Assembly: GCF_002087085.1 (NCBI RefSeq)
Contig: NZ_MWQY01000005.1
Span: 124,001 to 188,000 of the forward strand
Reading direction: 5' to 3'
Length of the DNA stretch: 64,000 bases
Position numbers and translations under genes: made by a program. Positions 29,859-40,641 of the stretch are shown here, piece by piece. The stretch's first letter is position 1. Each line of letters opens with the position of its first letter. Under the pieces are notes generated by a model, which saw only the letters and a program-made list of their open reading frames with translations, was not told where the DNA came from and made no database searches.

Positions 29859-31706
29859 TTAGTTATCGATATAGTCTTTGAGCCGCCGGCTACGCTTTGG
29901 ATGGCGTAATCGACGGAGTGCTTTTGCTTCGATCTGGCGTATTCTTTCTCTGGTTACATTAAAGTAGAGACCGACCTCTTCAAGGGTCAGGGAGTATCCG
30001 TCCTCAAGGCCGAATCTCATCTTCAGAACCTCCTGTTCCCGGGGAGGAAGGGTGTACAGCACGTCCTGAAGCTGTTCCTGCAGCAGTTTAAAAGCTGTCT
30101 GGCTCGCCGGATTCTCTATATCCTTGTCCTCGATGAAATCACCAAGCAGGGAGTCCTCCTCCTCACCAATGGGTGTCTCGAGAGATATAGGTTCCCGGGC
30201 AACGTTCTTGACGGATTTTACCCTGGCCACGGACCACCCCAGACGCTCAGCTACTTCTTCGTCGGAGGGTTCCCGGCCAAGAACCTGCATGAGTTGTCTG
30301 GATTCCCGTACCACCTTGTTTATCTGTTCAATCATGTGAACAGGAACCCTGATCGTCCTTGCCTGGTCTGAGATCGAACGGGTTATTGCCTGCCTGATCC
30401 ACCAGGTGGCATAGGTGGAAAACTTGTAGCCCTTGCGGTATTCAAATTTTTCAACCGCCTTTATAAGCCCTATATTGCCTTCCTGAACAAGATCGAAGAA
30501 ATGCAGTCCCCGGTTGGTGTATTTCTTTGCAATACTTACAACCAGTCGCAGGTTAGCCTGAATCAGCTTATCCTTGGCTCCCTTCATCATATGCTGACCC
30601 TTCGATATACGTTCAGCATGTTCGAGGATGGACTCTATATTCTCTTCGAACTCAATCTCAAGGTTCCTCAGTTTCTTTTCGGTAATCTGAATCTGACGGA
30701 TCTTTTCTTTTATTTCATCGGCGCTGAGCTCGAGATCCGATTCAATTCTCCTGCGTTCATCAGGAATCGCCAGACCGCGGCCCATGGTTCTCAGTTCTCT
30801 GGTACTGCTGACCCTCAGGCGCCTCTCGATTCTCTGCTGCTCCTTACGATAGCGTTTTATCTTTTTTTCCGCATTGGAAAATTTATCCGATAAAAGCAGG
30901 ATCTCTTCCTGGTGGAGGTCGATACCGGCAATCTTCTTTATCAGGCCTGACCGTTTTGCCGCCAGCTCCGAGCTGGTCAGAATGTCTTCTCCAAGAGATA
31001 CAAGCTTGTTCTTCTGGTCGATGTACTGCCGGATACCGGGAGCAAGAACCCGAAGGGGTTCACGGTAAAACTGGTTCAGCCTCCTCCGCTCAGCCAGCAG
31101 TTCGGAAATCTCCTTCTTTGAAAGATCCATCTCTCTGGGATCAACCTTGGAGAAGGTTTTCTGGATAAGGTGAAAAATCTCGGGGATTATAAGCCCGGAG
31201 GCTTTTACCACCTGTTTGATGATATTCTCACCATCCTCCATGCGCTTGGAAAGCTCGACTTCCTGCTCGGCGGTCAGAAGGTTTTCCTTTCCTATTTCCC
31301 GCAGATAGAGGCGGATGGGATCATCTATGGCGGAATCCTTGTCACCGAGAACAACGCGTTTTTTTGAAGCGGCGACTTTTGTCTTTTCCATATCCTCTTC
31401 ATGTTCTTCGGTTTCTTCGATGTCCTCTGACTCTTCGTAGTCATCGGATAATTCTTCGGAATCATCCTCAAGGGTGACATCTTCCACTTCGTCTTCTTCA
31501 GCGATGGAAGGCATATTCAAATCCAGATTATCCTCCTCAATTTCGACATGATACTGTTCCAGCAGACTGAACACATCCTCGATTTTTTCTGAGTTGACAA
31601 TCTCTTCGGGTAGAAAGTCGTTAACCTCATCATAGGTGATCTTCTTTTTCTTTTTTGCGTATTCCAAAAGCTTGGTAATAGCTGGATCATTGATCAGCTC
31701 TGTCAT
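29859..31706 (-). CDS. rpoD: RNA polymerase primary sigma factor
   Basis: Region 1.1, [60 protein letters not shown]. Confidence 0.98.
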   Translation of the reverse strand: MTELINDPAITKLLEYAKKKKKITYDEVNDFLPEEIVNSEKIEDVFSLLEQYHVEIEEDNLDLNMPSIAEEDEVEDVTLEDDSEELSDDYEESEDIEETEEHEEDMEKTKVAASKKRVVLGDKDSAIDDPIRLYLREIGKENLLTAEQEVELSKRMEDGENIIKQVVKASGLIIPEIFHLIQKTFSKVDPREMDLSKKEISELLAERRRLNQFYREPLRVLAPGIRQYIDQKNKLVSLGEDILTSSELAAKRSGLIKKIAGIDLHQEEILLLSDKFSNAEKKIKRYRKEQQRIERRLRVSSTRELRTMGRGLAIPDERRRIESDLELSADEIKEKIRQIQITEKKLRNLEIEFEENIESILEHAERISKGQHMMKGAKDKLIQANLRLVVSIAKKYTNRGLHFFDLVQEGNIGLIKAVEKFEYRKGYKFSTYATWWIRQAITRSISDQARTIRVPVHMIEQINKVVRESRQLMQVLGREPSDEEVAERLGWSVARVKSVKNVAREPISLETPIGEEEDSLLGDFIEDKDIENPASQTAFKLLQEQLQDVLYTLPPREQEVLKMRFGLEDGYSLTLEEVGLYFNVTRERIRQIEAKALRRLRHPKRSRRLKDYIDN

Positions 31707-33454
31707 GCCTGTCTCACCCTTAGTTTCTGCAATTCATCGGTCAGGTACATTTTCTCTGTCAGTAAACTCTTCAGCTCTTCACGGGAGACGCCATTGCGTT
31801 CGGCCCTGTCCAGCGCCCGAATAACATCCTTCTGTCTTCGGGCAAGCGCTCCGTACCTGACCCTGCGCAGTGCTTCCTGAAGAACCAGTTTTGGATCGGG
31901 TCCAAGTTCGCCCGAAAAAGCTTTATCAAAAATCAAGCCTCGAACTTCTTCATTATCGACATTTTGGGCAATAGCATTCATATCCAGTTCGTCCCGCCTG
32001 AAGGCATCTTCCAGAATAATAAACAGCTGTCGTGCGCGGGCATCCTTCAGGTCGTCTGCGTTAACATACTGCCGGATAAAGGGGAAATGCTCGGGGTAAG
32101 CAGCTGCACCTAACATGAGGAAAAGATCCGAACCAATTCGCTCCGGATCTTTCTGCTCCCGCGGAACCTCTCGAGACGGCGTAGTTTTTTGCGAAAGATC
32201 AGCAGTTAGTGCAGTAACGTTGACCTCCAACATATCGGACAGGCGTCCAAGGTACCCGTCCCGTTTAACAGCTGAGTCCTGCGCCTCTATAAAGGGTGCA
32301 AGATCGGAAAGAATGCGGTGCTTTCCTTCCGGGGTGCCTGCGGAAAAACGGGCCATGGCCTTTTCCACAAGATAATCAAGGCTATTTATAGTATATTGTA
32401 ATAATTTTTGCAACGCCTGACCACCCTCTTTTTCAAGGATATCCGCGGGATCTTTTCCTCCGGCGACAGCGGCTATGGATGTCTCGATACCGGACTTTGC
32501 ACAGAGAACAATCGATTTGGCTGCGGCGGCCTGACCGGCGTCATCATTGTCGAAAAGAAGGATGCCCCTGTCTGCATAGCGTTTTAAAAGATTCGCCTGG
32601 TCCTGGGTGAAGGAAGTACCCAGGGGTGCCAGGGACTCAGGGATTCCGGCCTGGTAAAGGGCCATCACATCCATATACCCTTCGCAGAGAAAGAAACGAC
32701 CTGAACTGCGAACAGCCTTTACTGCTTTATCAAGACCGAAGAGGGTTCTGCTCTTCCTGAAGATCGGGGTCTCCGGGCTGTTCAGGTATTTGGGTCCCTC
32801 CCCCTCCAGCAGTCGTCCTCCGAAGGCTATTACTCTGCCCTGGGTCGAGGCTATGGGGATTATAAGGCGGTTGCGAAAAAGAGGATACCGGGAATCGTTG
32901 CGGGAGAAGAGTCCGGATTCCGCCAGAAAGTCAGAGGAGTATCCCTTTTTTTTCAGGAAATCATACAGCCAGTTGGGGTCCTGAGGAGCGTATCCCAGCT
33001 GAAAGGTATCGATTATATCATCAGAAAAACCCCGGGCATACAGATAGTCCAGGGCTTTTTTCCCCGTTCCTGTTTCCTTCAGAAGATAGTGAAAACTCCG
33101 GGTTACTCCGGCGTAAAGATCAAAGAGCGCTCCCACCCTGCTCTGGTTTTGCCTGTCCTTTTCCTCCAGGATCTCGACCCCTGCCCGCTGTCCGAGGTAA
33201 TGCACAGCCTCGGAAAAATTCAGGCTCTCCATCTCCATGACGAACTGAAAAAGGTTTCCTCCCTTGTGGCAGCCGAAGCAGTAGAAGAGCTTCTTTTCTT
33301 CATTCACCGAAAAGGAGGGGGTTTTTTCCGAATGGAAGGGACATAAACCGCTGTACTGACCGCCGGAAAACCTGAGGCTTGTATACTCGGATACAAGATC
33401 CACCATGGAGGTTTTGTCGCTTATCTCATTGATTACCGCGTGGGAAATAGCCAT
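31703..33454 (-). CDS. dnaG: DNA primase
   Basis: [11 protein letters not shown]...CFGC zinc finger, [30 protein letters not shown]. Confidence 0.97.
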   Translation of the reverse strand: MAISHAVINEISDKTSMVDLVSEYTSLRFSGGQYSGLCPFHSEKTPSFSVNEEKKLFYCFGCHKGGNLFQFVMEMESLNFSEAVHYLGQRAGVEILEEKDRQNQSRVGALFDLYAGVTRSFHYLLKETGTGKKALDYLYARGFSDDIIDTFQLGYAPQDPNWLYDFLKKKGYSSDFLAESGLFSRNDSRYPLFRNRLIIPIASTQGRVIAFGGRLLEGEGPKYLNSPETPIFRKSRTLFGLDKAVKAVRSSGRFFLCEGYMDVMALYQAGIPESLAPLGTSFTQDQANLLKRYADRGILLFDNDDAGQAAAAKSIVLCAKSGIETSIAAVAGGKDPADILEKEGGQALQKLLQYTINSLDYLVEKAMARFSAGTPEGKHRILSDLAPFIEAQDSAVKRDGYLGRLSDMLEVNVTALTADLSQKTTPSREVPREQKDPERIGSDLFLMLGAAAYPEHFPFIRQYVNADDLKDARARQLFIILEDAFRRDELDMNAIAQNVDNEEVRGLIFDKAFSGELGPDPKLVLQEALRRVRYGALARRQKDVIRALDRAERNGVSREELKSLLTEKMYLTDELQKLRVRQA

Positions 33455-33460
33455 GCCGAT

Positions 33461-34483
33461 TTATCTGCCCTTTATATAAAGCTGCTTGGCCTGGTTGTGT
33501 TCCGACAGGGTAGTTGTAAAGCGATGGCGTCCGATCTCGGGGTCCTCCACGAGAAAGTAGAGATAATCCGTATCCGCAGGAGAAAAGGCGGATTGCAGCG
33601 CTGTTCTTCCGGGATTACATATGGGCGCGGGAGGCAGTCCGTAGTGCCGGTAGGTATTGAAGTCCGAGGATACTTCAAGGTCCCGGTAGGTCAGGAATTC
33701 CGGATGCGGCCTGTCCATTTCCTCTGTCAGGACATACACGACAGTAGCGCATGACTGCAGGGGCATACGGATCTCGAGCCTGTTTTTGAATACCGAAGCT
33801 ATCAGAGGCGCTTCTTCCGGAAGGCGATATTCCCGTTCCACAATGGAGGCCAGTATGACGGTCTCATGCAGCTCTTCCGGAGCATAGTCTTCGCGCCGGA
33901 TTCCCGATTCCTCCAGCTTTCCGAAGAAGGTTCCTGCCATGTGGCGCAGAACGGATTCGGGGGCTGTATCAAGGGGCATTCGATAGGTATCCGGATAAAG
34001 GTAGCCCTGAAGAGAGTTCCCGGGTATTCCAAGTTCGTCGAGGAGAGACCGGGATTGTGCGGCGGCGATGAAATCATCAGCTTTAACTATACCTTTTTCC
34101 TCCAGGATCTGAGCGATCCTCCGCAGAGTCAGGCCCTCGGGAATTGTAACCTGAACAAGAAACTGTTTACCCGTAAGCAGGATATCGTGGACTTCAAACA
34201 TCGATGCACCTGGTGGCAGACTGTAGTAACCGGTCTGAAGATCATCGTCGGTTTTCATTATCCTGGCATATAATCTCAGAGCAAGAGCTGATCGGATAAA
34301 TCCGCGGTTCTCCAGCTGTTCGGCGATTATGCCGAGGGAATCGCCGGGACGTACCCGGAAAAAGGCATCCCCCGGCGATGTATCCGGGGCCTTTGTATAG
34401 TAAAGCGCGGCTCCGCCGGCTGCCGCCCCTGAAACAGTCAGGACCAGCAGAGCCGCAATCAGAACACGAAGTAGATATCTCAT
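33461..34483 (-). CDS. mltG: Endolytic peptidoglycan transglycosylase
   Basis: TM anchor, VTIPEG, GYLYPDTY, LASIVERE, NRL, NTYRHYGLPPAPICNPG, YLYF. Confidence 0.93.
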   Translation of the reverse strand: MRYLLRVLIAALLVLTVSGAAAGGAALYYTKAPDTSPGDAFFRVRPGDSLGIIAEQLENRGFIRSALALRLYARIMKTDDDLQTGYYSLPPGASMFEVHDILLTGKQFLVQVTIPEGLTLRRIAQILEEKGIVKADDFIAAAQSRSLLDELGIPGNSLQGYLYPDTYRMPLDTAPESVLRHMAGTFFGKLEESGIRREDYAPEELHETVILASIVEREYRLPEEAPLIASVFKNRLEIRMPLQSCATVVYVLTEEMDRPHPEFLTYRDLEVSSDFNTYRHYGLPPAPICNPGRTALQSAFSPADTDYLYFLVEDPEIGRHRFTTTLSEHNQAKQLYIKGR

Positions 34484-37400
34484 TTCTCGAGTACAAACTC
34501 CACTCGCCGGTTTTTCCAGTTGACGCTTCGGTCTCCCGGGTCAGCTATGGTCCTGGTTCCCCCCATACCTGCCACATTCATTCTGGCGGGGTGAATGCCC
34601 CGTTCAACGAGAGACTCCCGTACAGTTTTTGCCCGTTCCTCTGATAGGGGTTTCAGCTCCTGTTCTTCCTCCACAGGACCCCGGACGGGATCATTGAAGT
34701 AGATCGGGTTGGCGTGTCCCTCGATGGTTATCCGATAATTCCTGTACTTGTTGAGTATCTCGGCAATGCGATCGAGGACAAACATGTTTTTGGCTGCCGT
34801 CTCCTCATCCCGTTCGGAATACTGTGCACTGTTCGGCTCAAAAACGATTGAGGCAATCTGTATTTTGAGCTTGTTTCCGTCACGGATAACCAGAACATCC
34901 ACAGGTATTTTCCCGTTTACCACACTTGTGTTTGCAAGATCATCGTGAATGGTAAAGCGGAAAGGATAATCCTCGGCCGATATGACCAGTTCTCCGCTGT
35001 TCGATCGGCCGTCCCAGATCAGTTCCTCCGCGGGCATTCCGGTTCCGGAAAAGCTTGTAAAGAGGTTCATCTCCCGATCGAATATTTCAAATTTCCAGGT
35101 TTCGATGGGGCTCAGGTCCTCTACATCGATGCTGAAATGTATTTCGTCATCCACGCCGTCATTATCCGGCGAAAAGGGCAGCGGATCTGCCTGGATGCTC
35201 ACCACAGGTGATGTAGCATCGACCCGCAGGGCCTTAAGTTCTGCCTGAGGCTGATCCCCTTTCAGATAGTTGACAATAAGCCGCGGTCGGTACAATCCGT
35301 CCCGCACTCGCTTCGAATCGCCGGTGCCGTTCCAGAGTATCCTGTCGGGAACCTCGGAACGTCCCTGGAAGCTCGCATAGGACTCTCCCGTAGTTTCATC
35401 GACAATTTCGAGTTTCCAGTCAGTAATCCCGTCCCGCAGGTTGACGATGGGGAAGAAGGTGATGGTATCGAATCTGCCATCGTTGTTGGGCGAAACCCTG
35501 GACGCGTCGGCGGTAAGATAGGCGCTGGTTTTTCGGGTGTCCATCTCTATTCCATCCAGCTCCACCAGAACCGAGTTTCCGGCGGGATCCGTGGAGCTGA
35601 GCCGATACCGGTATTCACCGTCGGGAAGCTGGTTGCCCATCTCATCCCGTCCGTACCATGTCAGGCTGCCGGGCATCTCTTTCCAGCGGTAGCTGCGTAC
35701 CACGTCTCCCGCCTCGTTGATAATGCTCCCCTGCCACATCTCCTCGGAACTGCCGCTTTGTCGCAGCACAATCTGGTCCCTGCGTCCGTCGCCGTTGGGA
35801 GAAAAGAGGGTGTAGGCAGCGCTGAGCTCTGCCCGGGGAGCGATCCGGTCCATAACAAAGCCGGTGGAAACCGATTCGGCGATACTTCCGTTTCTGTCAA
35901 TCACCCGGATCGCGGCTTTGTAGTTTCCGTCGGGAATTCGGGCCCCGGAGTCTCCGATTCCGTCCCAGCGGTACTGGGCGGCAAGAGAACCGCTTCCGGT
36001 ATAGGTTTTTACTGTCTGGTTCCCGCTATTGAGAATTGTAATGGTGTAGGATTCAACCCCCTCGGCGACTCTTACATTTGGTTTAATCAGGATTTCATCC
36101 TTGATTCCGTCGCCATTGGGCGAGAAGGCATCCGTATCGGTGAAGATGGCGACCACAGTCTCCTTTGTGCTGAGTCGTATGCTGCGGCTCTCTGCGGAAA
36201 AGGAGTTGCCAGCTCTGTCTGTGGAGCTCAGAATGTAGCGGTAATCGCCGTCTTCGGTAATTGAACCCTCTTCCGAGGTTCCGTTCCAGATAATCTCCGA
36301 TTCGGGTTGGTCAATCCACCGGTACTCCCGGATCACCCGGTTGTCAGTGTCGACGATCTGACCGAGCCATTCATGTTCGACACTCGCATCCTGGGTAATG
36401 GTAAGGGTGTCCCGATTGCCGTCTCCGTCCGGAGAGAATATCTGGGGCGACGCCGCCACCGTTGCAGCCGGAGCCGTTATATCCAGGGTAAAGACCGGCG
36501 AAATTTTGCTCGGTGAATTTCCGTTGCGATATACACCGGATATCCTGGCGGTATAACTTCCCTCCGGCAGAAGAGCACCATTGTTGTTCCGACCGTTAAA
36601 ACTGTAAGTGGACGGCGGGTCGCTGGTCCCGGATCTGCTCCACTCCACCCTGCCGGCACCGTTAAGGACTTCAAGCTGCCAGCTGACAAGGGATTCCGGG
36701 GTCGGGATGTCCAGACCGAAAAGAACAGTATCCTTTACGCCGTCTCCGTTGGGGGAAAACCAGGCGGAATCGATGGAAATGGAAACCGGCCGGGGCTGGG
36801 TATCCACTATGATATTTTCAACCGAACGGGAAACCGAGTTACCGGCCCGGTCGGTACTGCTGATGGTATATGTATAGACCCCGTCGGCCACAAGGTTTCC
36901 GGAATCATTCGTTCCGCCCCAGACAAGGTCCCCGGGTTCCTGGTCGCGGTATTTTGTTGTGAACACGTTTCTGCCATCGCTTCCGGTTATCTCGATGTCC
37001 CACAGCTCTTCCAGGGTCCCGCTCTGGTTGATTCGAATGGTATCCTTGAGCCCGTCGTCGTTGGGAGAAAAAATCAGGTCCAGGGGGGGGATCCCCTGGA
37101 TATCAACTTCCGGATTCCTGGTATCGATTACCAGGGGATACGGTTCTGTCCGGGACCGGTTGTTATTGTCGTCCCAGGCCTGGAGGGAAAAATAATATAC
37201 CCCGTCCGGAGCGACGGAACCGTCTTCCGTTGTTCCGTCCCAGCGCAGGGTTTCCGGGATGGGTATTCCGCTCTTTTTTTGAAAGAAGCGGCGGAGAATA
37301 TCCTTGAAGGTGATTTCCTGGGGTCTCTCTTCCTTGTTTCCGATACTCCTGACAATAGTGCCCTCTTCGTCCCTGATTTCCAGAGCATAACCCTTGATAT

Positions 37401-38760
37401 ACCGGGTGTCACGGATAGTAAACGGAAAGGAGAGATCATCCTGCACTCCGTCGTTGTTGGGGGACAGATATACAGCGTCGGGAATTTTATGCAGGACATT
37501 TTTTTCTGCAGACTTGTCTTCCTTGGTGTTTTCCTGCTGGACCAGCTGTCGAGACTTGTGGTTCTTGGTTGTATTCTCTTTTCCGCTCAGGCCCTTTATC
37601 GACTGCGGGGTCTTCAGGAGACTTATTATGGAGTCCCCGTAGGGCTGCTCGATCAGGGATACGGAATCCTCGGTGTTCTCTTCCGGGCTTTCATCCCGGG
37701 ATTCCCTGTAGGGAAGATCACCAAGATCGATATCAATTTTCGGGGCTTCCTCATCTATTATACCCAATGGAAGGGTAACGCCCACCCCCGCGCCCCAGGC
37801 ACCGTTGGAAAGGGGTGCGATTCCAAAATGAGGCTGAATATCTCCACGATCCCATCCGCGCCCGGAGAGATCTATCAGGTCTCCTCCGGAGAGGCTGGTC
37901 TGGAAGGAGAACCGCAGTCCGAAGGAGGGAATAAAACGGTACGCTTCAAAATCGCCGTCAAAAATGGAACGGGCATCAAGAGCGGAGGAGACTCCAACCT
38001 GCAGGAAATTATCGACATGCGCAAGAAGTCCGAGATTCCAGCGAAGGTTCTGTACGCTGGGCAGAATAAAGTCAGAACTGAGATCCAGGGCAAATCCGTC
38101 TTTTTCTACCGGAGTAAAGGCCGCACCGGCTATCAGCGTAAAGGGGGATGGAACGGCAGTATAGTCGTCGGAAGGGTTATACCATATACCGACATCCTTG
38201 GCTGTCAGTCCCCAGCGAAAATTGTTGAGTCCTCTGTAGCTGGCGGGAAAATGGATAAAACCGACATCCAGGGTGGTACCCCAGTCAAAGGAATCGCTGG
38301 AACCCAGGTATACATTGAGTCCGGTTCCGACATAGAGATCTTCATAGACATCCTTGGCAAAACCAAGATTGAGGGCACCCATGGTTCCGAGATCGATGCC
38401 TTCATATTCACTGCTGACAAGGTGTCCCGACCAGCTGAATACTCCCAGCTTGCTGGGAATAGAGTTCCCCAGGTTGACGGCATGGCCGGCTATGCCTTCG
38501 TCATATTCAGTATCATAGATGGCAACGTACCCGATATCGAAGGTCATCCTTTGAACGGCGGCTGCAGACGCGGGGTTCCACGTTGCTGCGGCGGGAGCTT
38601 CCGTGGAAACCAGGGAGGGGCCTGTCCCCAGGGTCCATGGGGAGAGCATGCGGAAATAACTCTCTTCTCCGGGAGGAGGATTAAAATCACCATACAGCGG
38701 ACTAAGAGCGGTAACTGCCGCCACTATCATTACAAAGAGATAAAATTTGTACCTGCGCAT
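34480..38760 (-). CDS. Giant envelope protein: signal peptide, putative FadL/PorV-like beta-barrel, eight FlgD-Ig/CHU_C-like repeats, C-terminal OmpA-like domain
   Basis: Signal peptide. WNPA motif followed by amphipathic strands. Eight xSP(N/D)xDGxxD repeats. C-terminal ITIEGHA...LSEERAKTV...G.G...NRRVEF. Confidence 0.85.
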   Translation of the reverse strand: MRRYKFYLFVMIVAAVTALSPLYGDFNPPPGEESYFRMLSPWTLGTGPSLVSTEAPAAATWNPASAAAVQRMTFDIGYVAIYDTEYDEGIAGHAVNLGNSIPSKLGVFSWSGHLVSSEYEGIDLGTMGALNLGFAKDVYEDLYVGTGLNVYLGSSDSFDWGTTLDVGFIHFPASYRGLNNFRWGLTAKDVGIWYNPSDDYTAVPSPFTLIAGAAFTPVEKDGFALDLSSDFILPSVQNLRWNLGLLAHVDNFLQVGVSSALDARSIFDGDFEAYRFIPSFGLRFSFQTSLSGGDLIDLSGRGWDRGDIQPHFGIAPLSNGAWGAGVGVTLPLGIIDEEAPKIDIDLGDLPYRESRDESPEENTEDSVSLIEQPYGDSIISLLKTPQSIKGLSGKENTTKNHKSRQLVQQENTKEDKSAEKNVLHKIPDAVYLSPNNDGVQDDLSFPFTIRDTRYIKGYALEIRDEEGTIVRSIGNKEERPQEITFKDILRRFFQKKSGIPIPETLRWDGTTEDGSVAPDGVYYFSLQAWDDNNNRSRTEPYPLVIDTRNPEVDIQGIPPLDLIFSPNDDGLKDTIRINQSGTLEELWDIEITGSDGRNVFTTKYRDQEPGDLVWGGTNDSGNLVADGVYTYTISSTDRAGNSVSRSVENIIVDTQPRPVSISIDSAWFSPNGDGVKDTVLFGLDIPTPESLVSWQLEVLNGAGRVEWSRSGTSDPPSTYSFNGRNNNGALLPEGSYTARISGVYRNGNSPSKISPVFTLDITAPAATVAASPQIFSPDGDGNRDTLTITQDASVEHEWLGQIVDTDNRVIREYRWIDQPESEIIWNGTSEEGSITEDGDYRYILSSTDRAGNSFSAESRSIRLSTKETVVAIFTDTDAFSPNGDGIKDEILIKPNVRVAEGVESYTITILNSGNQTVKTYTGSGSLAAQYRWDGIGDSGARIPDGNYKAAIRVIDRNGSIAESVSTGFVMDRIAPRAELSAAYTLFSPNGDGRRDQIVLRQSGSSEEMWQGSIINEAGDVVRSYRWKEMPGSLTWYGRDEMGNQLPDGEYRYRLSSTDPAGNSVLVELDGIEMDTRKTSAYLTADASRVSPNNDGRFDTITFFPIVNLRDGITDWKLEIVDETTGESYASFQGRSEVPDRILWNGTGDSKRVRDGLYRPRLIVNYLKGDQPQAELKALRVDATSPVVSIQADPLPFSPDNDGVDDEIHFSIDVEDLSPIETWKFEIFDREMNLFTSFSGTGMPAEELIWDGRSNSGELVISAEDYPFRFTIHDDLANTSVVNGKIPVDVLVIRDGNKLKIQIASIVFEPNSAQYSERDEETAAKNMFVLDRIAEILNKYRNYRITIEGHANPIYFNDPVRGPVEEEQELKPLSEERAKTVRESLVERGIHPARMNVAGMGGTRTIADPGDRSVNWKNRRVEFVLEK

Positions 38761-38793
38761 GTATCCCTCCGATATTGTTGGACCTGTGTAAAT

Positions 38794-39003
38794 TTAGCCT
38801 TTTTGTTCCAGAACATCAATCTTTTGGGCGTAGAGTTCCTTCAGGTTCTCCATTTCGTCGATTGACAATCTGTCGTACAGATAATCCGATAGACGCTCAT
38901 GAAACGAGGAGAGGGCCGGATCAAGTTCCGACTCCCGTGCCCTCAGAAACAGGAAAAGAGAGACAATTTCTCGAGAACTCATGGTAAACGGGAGTTCCGT
39001 CAT
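38794..39003 (-). CDS. Small hypothetical protein
   Basis: 69-aa helical ORF translationally coupled to the MBL gene (ATGA overlap). Confidence 0.7.
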   Translation of the reverse strand: MTELPFTMSSREIVSLFLFLRARESELDPALSSFHERLSDYLYDRLSIDEMENLKELYAQKIDVLEQKG

Positions 39004-39944
39004 ATTTCAAACTCCATACCTTCCACAGCAGAATGGATTTCAAGGCTGCTGTTTTTCTGGTGATCCAGGTACCATCGGGCGGACTGCTCGATGGAATAGA
39101 TCTTCTTATCGTCGTACTGGGGTTCATGATGAAAAAGGTACAGTCTGCGGATTTTCCAGGCAACCGCAAAATCCACCGCCAGGCTGTAGGATGAGTGTCC
39201 CCAGTCGTATTTTTCTATTGCTTCGTCCAGGGTATACTGACTGTCCATTATCAGGGTATCCACATCCGAGTAGAATGAACTGTTTTCCGGATTTACCTTG
39301 AAATCTTCTTCAACTAGTTCCGTATCGGATGAAAAAATGAAGGAGGATCCGCCTTCTTGAATCTTGTAGGAATACGAACTTCCGGGGTGTTTCATTTTTC
39401 TCCAGGAAACAGACGACTGTCCCAGATCCATGGTGTTTCCCTTCAGATGGTGAAAAAAGAGTACAGCCTTCATGCTCTCCATGCTGACAGGAAAATAGGG
39501 TTCCCGCATCTGATTCCCGAGGATTTCCCGCAGATTCGGAAAGGGACTGTAAAAATGGATCTCGCATCGGGGGTCATAAACCTGGGGGGCAAAAAAGGGA
39601 AGTCCCTGCAGATGGTCCCAGTGAAAATGGGTAAAGAAAACATGGTATACCCGAATGTGTTCTCCCCTCTTTTTAAGGAATGCGCCGAGCTCCCGGATAC
39701 CGGAGCCGGCGTCGATGATGATCATGGTATCATCGCTGAGACGTACTTCAAGACAGGTTGTATTTCCGCCCGCGGTTCCCATTATGTAAGGGGGCAGATC
39801 GTGGAGAAACCTCTCTCGGCTCTCCTGGCTTTCAAGATGGTGGGCTTCTATCCGCTGGACTACCGCGGCAATGCGGCTTTGTATCTGCTGGTAGCTCAGA
39901 GGGGTCGGAATGGAACCCCGGACTCCCCAGAAGCGTACCTTCAT
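39000..39944 (-). CDS. MBL-fold metallo-hydrolase
   Basis: FWGVRGSIP, GGNTTC, DAGSG, THFHWDHLQG, HPG, SDTE, WGHS, FHHEP. Confidence 0.92.
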   Translation of the reverse strand: MKVRFWGVRGSIPTPLSYQQIQSRIAAVVQRIEAHHLESQESRERFLHDLPPYIMGTAGGNTTCLEVRLSDDTMIIIDAGSGIRELGAFLKKRGEHIRVYHVFFTHFHWDHLQGLPFFAPQVYDPRCEIHFYSPFPNLREILGNQMREPYFPVSMESMKAVLFFHHLKGNTMDLGQSSVSWRKMKHPGSSYSYKIQEGGSSFIFSSDTELVEEDFKVNPENSSFYSDVDTLIMDSQYTLDEAIEKYDWGHSSYSLAVDFAVAWKIRRLYLFHHEPQYDDKKIYSIEQSARWYLDHQKNSSLEIHSAVEGMEFEI

Positions 39945-40387
39945 GCATCATCTCCAGAGAGCAGAGCTTCGGAACGCCGGGCTTCCAGAAGACGATCTAT
40001 CTCTTTTTGAGAATAGAGTCGCCCCCGGTTCACTCCCGGACATTCTCCTGACATGGCCTCCCAGTCTTCTCTGCTGTTTAAAAAGGGTTCCCAGAAAGGA
40101 TAGGTTCTGCACTGAAGCGGACGTGACTCATAAACACTGCAGCCTCCGTCTTTCCAGAAGATGCAGTCATAGTTATCTTTTTCCCGGAGACTGAGGCGGG
40201 AAAAACCGTGGATATTTACACTTCGGCAGTATTTTTCCAGGAATTCCGCGCGGCTGAGTTCTTTAGCGGCACAGAGGCGGGAAAGATCATTGTCTGAAAG
40301 AAACACATACCCCGGTTCATGGCGGCAGCAGCGGGAACAGCCGGTACATTCAAAGCGGAGCCCCCTGGAATAAAATGGTGTATTCAT
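39941..40387 (-). CDS. YkgJ-family cysteine-cluster (CxxCxxCC) protein
   Basis: FECTGCSRCC, CIFW, CSVYESRPLQCRTYPFW, CPG. Confidence 0.9.
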   Translation of the reverse strand: MNTPFYSRGLRFECTGCSRCCRHEPGYVFLSDNDLSRLCAAKELSRAEFLEKYCRSVNIHGFSRLSLREKDNYDCIFWKDGGCSVYESRPLQCRTYPFWEPFLNSREDWEAMSGECPGVNRGRLYSQKEIDRLLEARRSEALLSGDDA

Positions 40388-40454
40388 TATTAATCGTCCT
40401 TTTTTACCGGGATACTAGCCACATCTAAAGGATATACCATTTAACGCAAAAAAT

Positions 40455-40488
40455 AAAAAAGGCTCTCTTGATCGTCAAGAGAGCCTTT
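40455..40488 (-). terminator. Intrinsic terminator after tRNA-Tyr
   Basis: Perfect inverted repeat AAAGGCTCTCTTGA/TCAAGAGAGCCTTT; a T-run follows on the minus strand. Confidence 0.85.
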
Positions 40489-40496
40489 CAGGCTGA

Positions 40497-40578
40497 TGGG
40501 GAGAGAAGGATTCGAACCTTCGAAGGCTGAGCCAACAGATTTACAGTCTGCCCCCTTTGACCGCTCGGGAACCTCCCC
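40497..40578 (-). tRNA. tRNA-Tyr (GTA), CCA not encoded
   Basis: Minus strand GGGGAGGTTCCCGAGCGGTCAAAGGGGGCAGACTGTAAATCTGTTGGCTCAGCCTTCGAAGGTTCGAATCCTTCTCTCCCCA: long variable arm, GTTCGAATC T-loop. Confidence 0.97.
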
Positions 40579-40589
40579 AGGCAGGCAGC

Positions 40590-40618
40590 AACATACCATA
40601 GAGAAAAAAACGTGTCAA
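40590..40618 (-). promoter_or_regulatory. Sigma-70 promoter of tRNA-Tyr
   Basis: TTGACA-17 bp-TATGTT with extended -10 TG and a GC-rich discriminator. Confidence 0.8.
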
Positions 40619-40641
40619 TAGATTCCACAAAAAACGGCATG

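Noticed and set aside
34900..37480. Recurring CCGTC...TTGGG-like DNA motifs as a possible CRISPR or DNA repeat array
   Set aside because: They encode the SPNGDG protein repeats, are degenerate at third codon positions and are about 340 bp apart; no cas genes are present.
37279..38865. 528-aa plus-strand ORF opposite the giant envelope protein
   Set aside because: Antisense shadow with no motifs or SD. The same applies to 26666-27661, 55654-56736, 59707-60717 and 10688-11611.
40497..40578. tRNA-Tyr as an island integration site
   Set aside because: No integrase and no duplicated tRNA 3' end found in the window.
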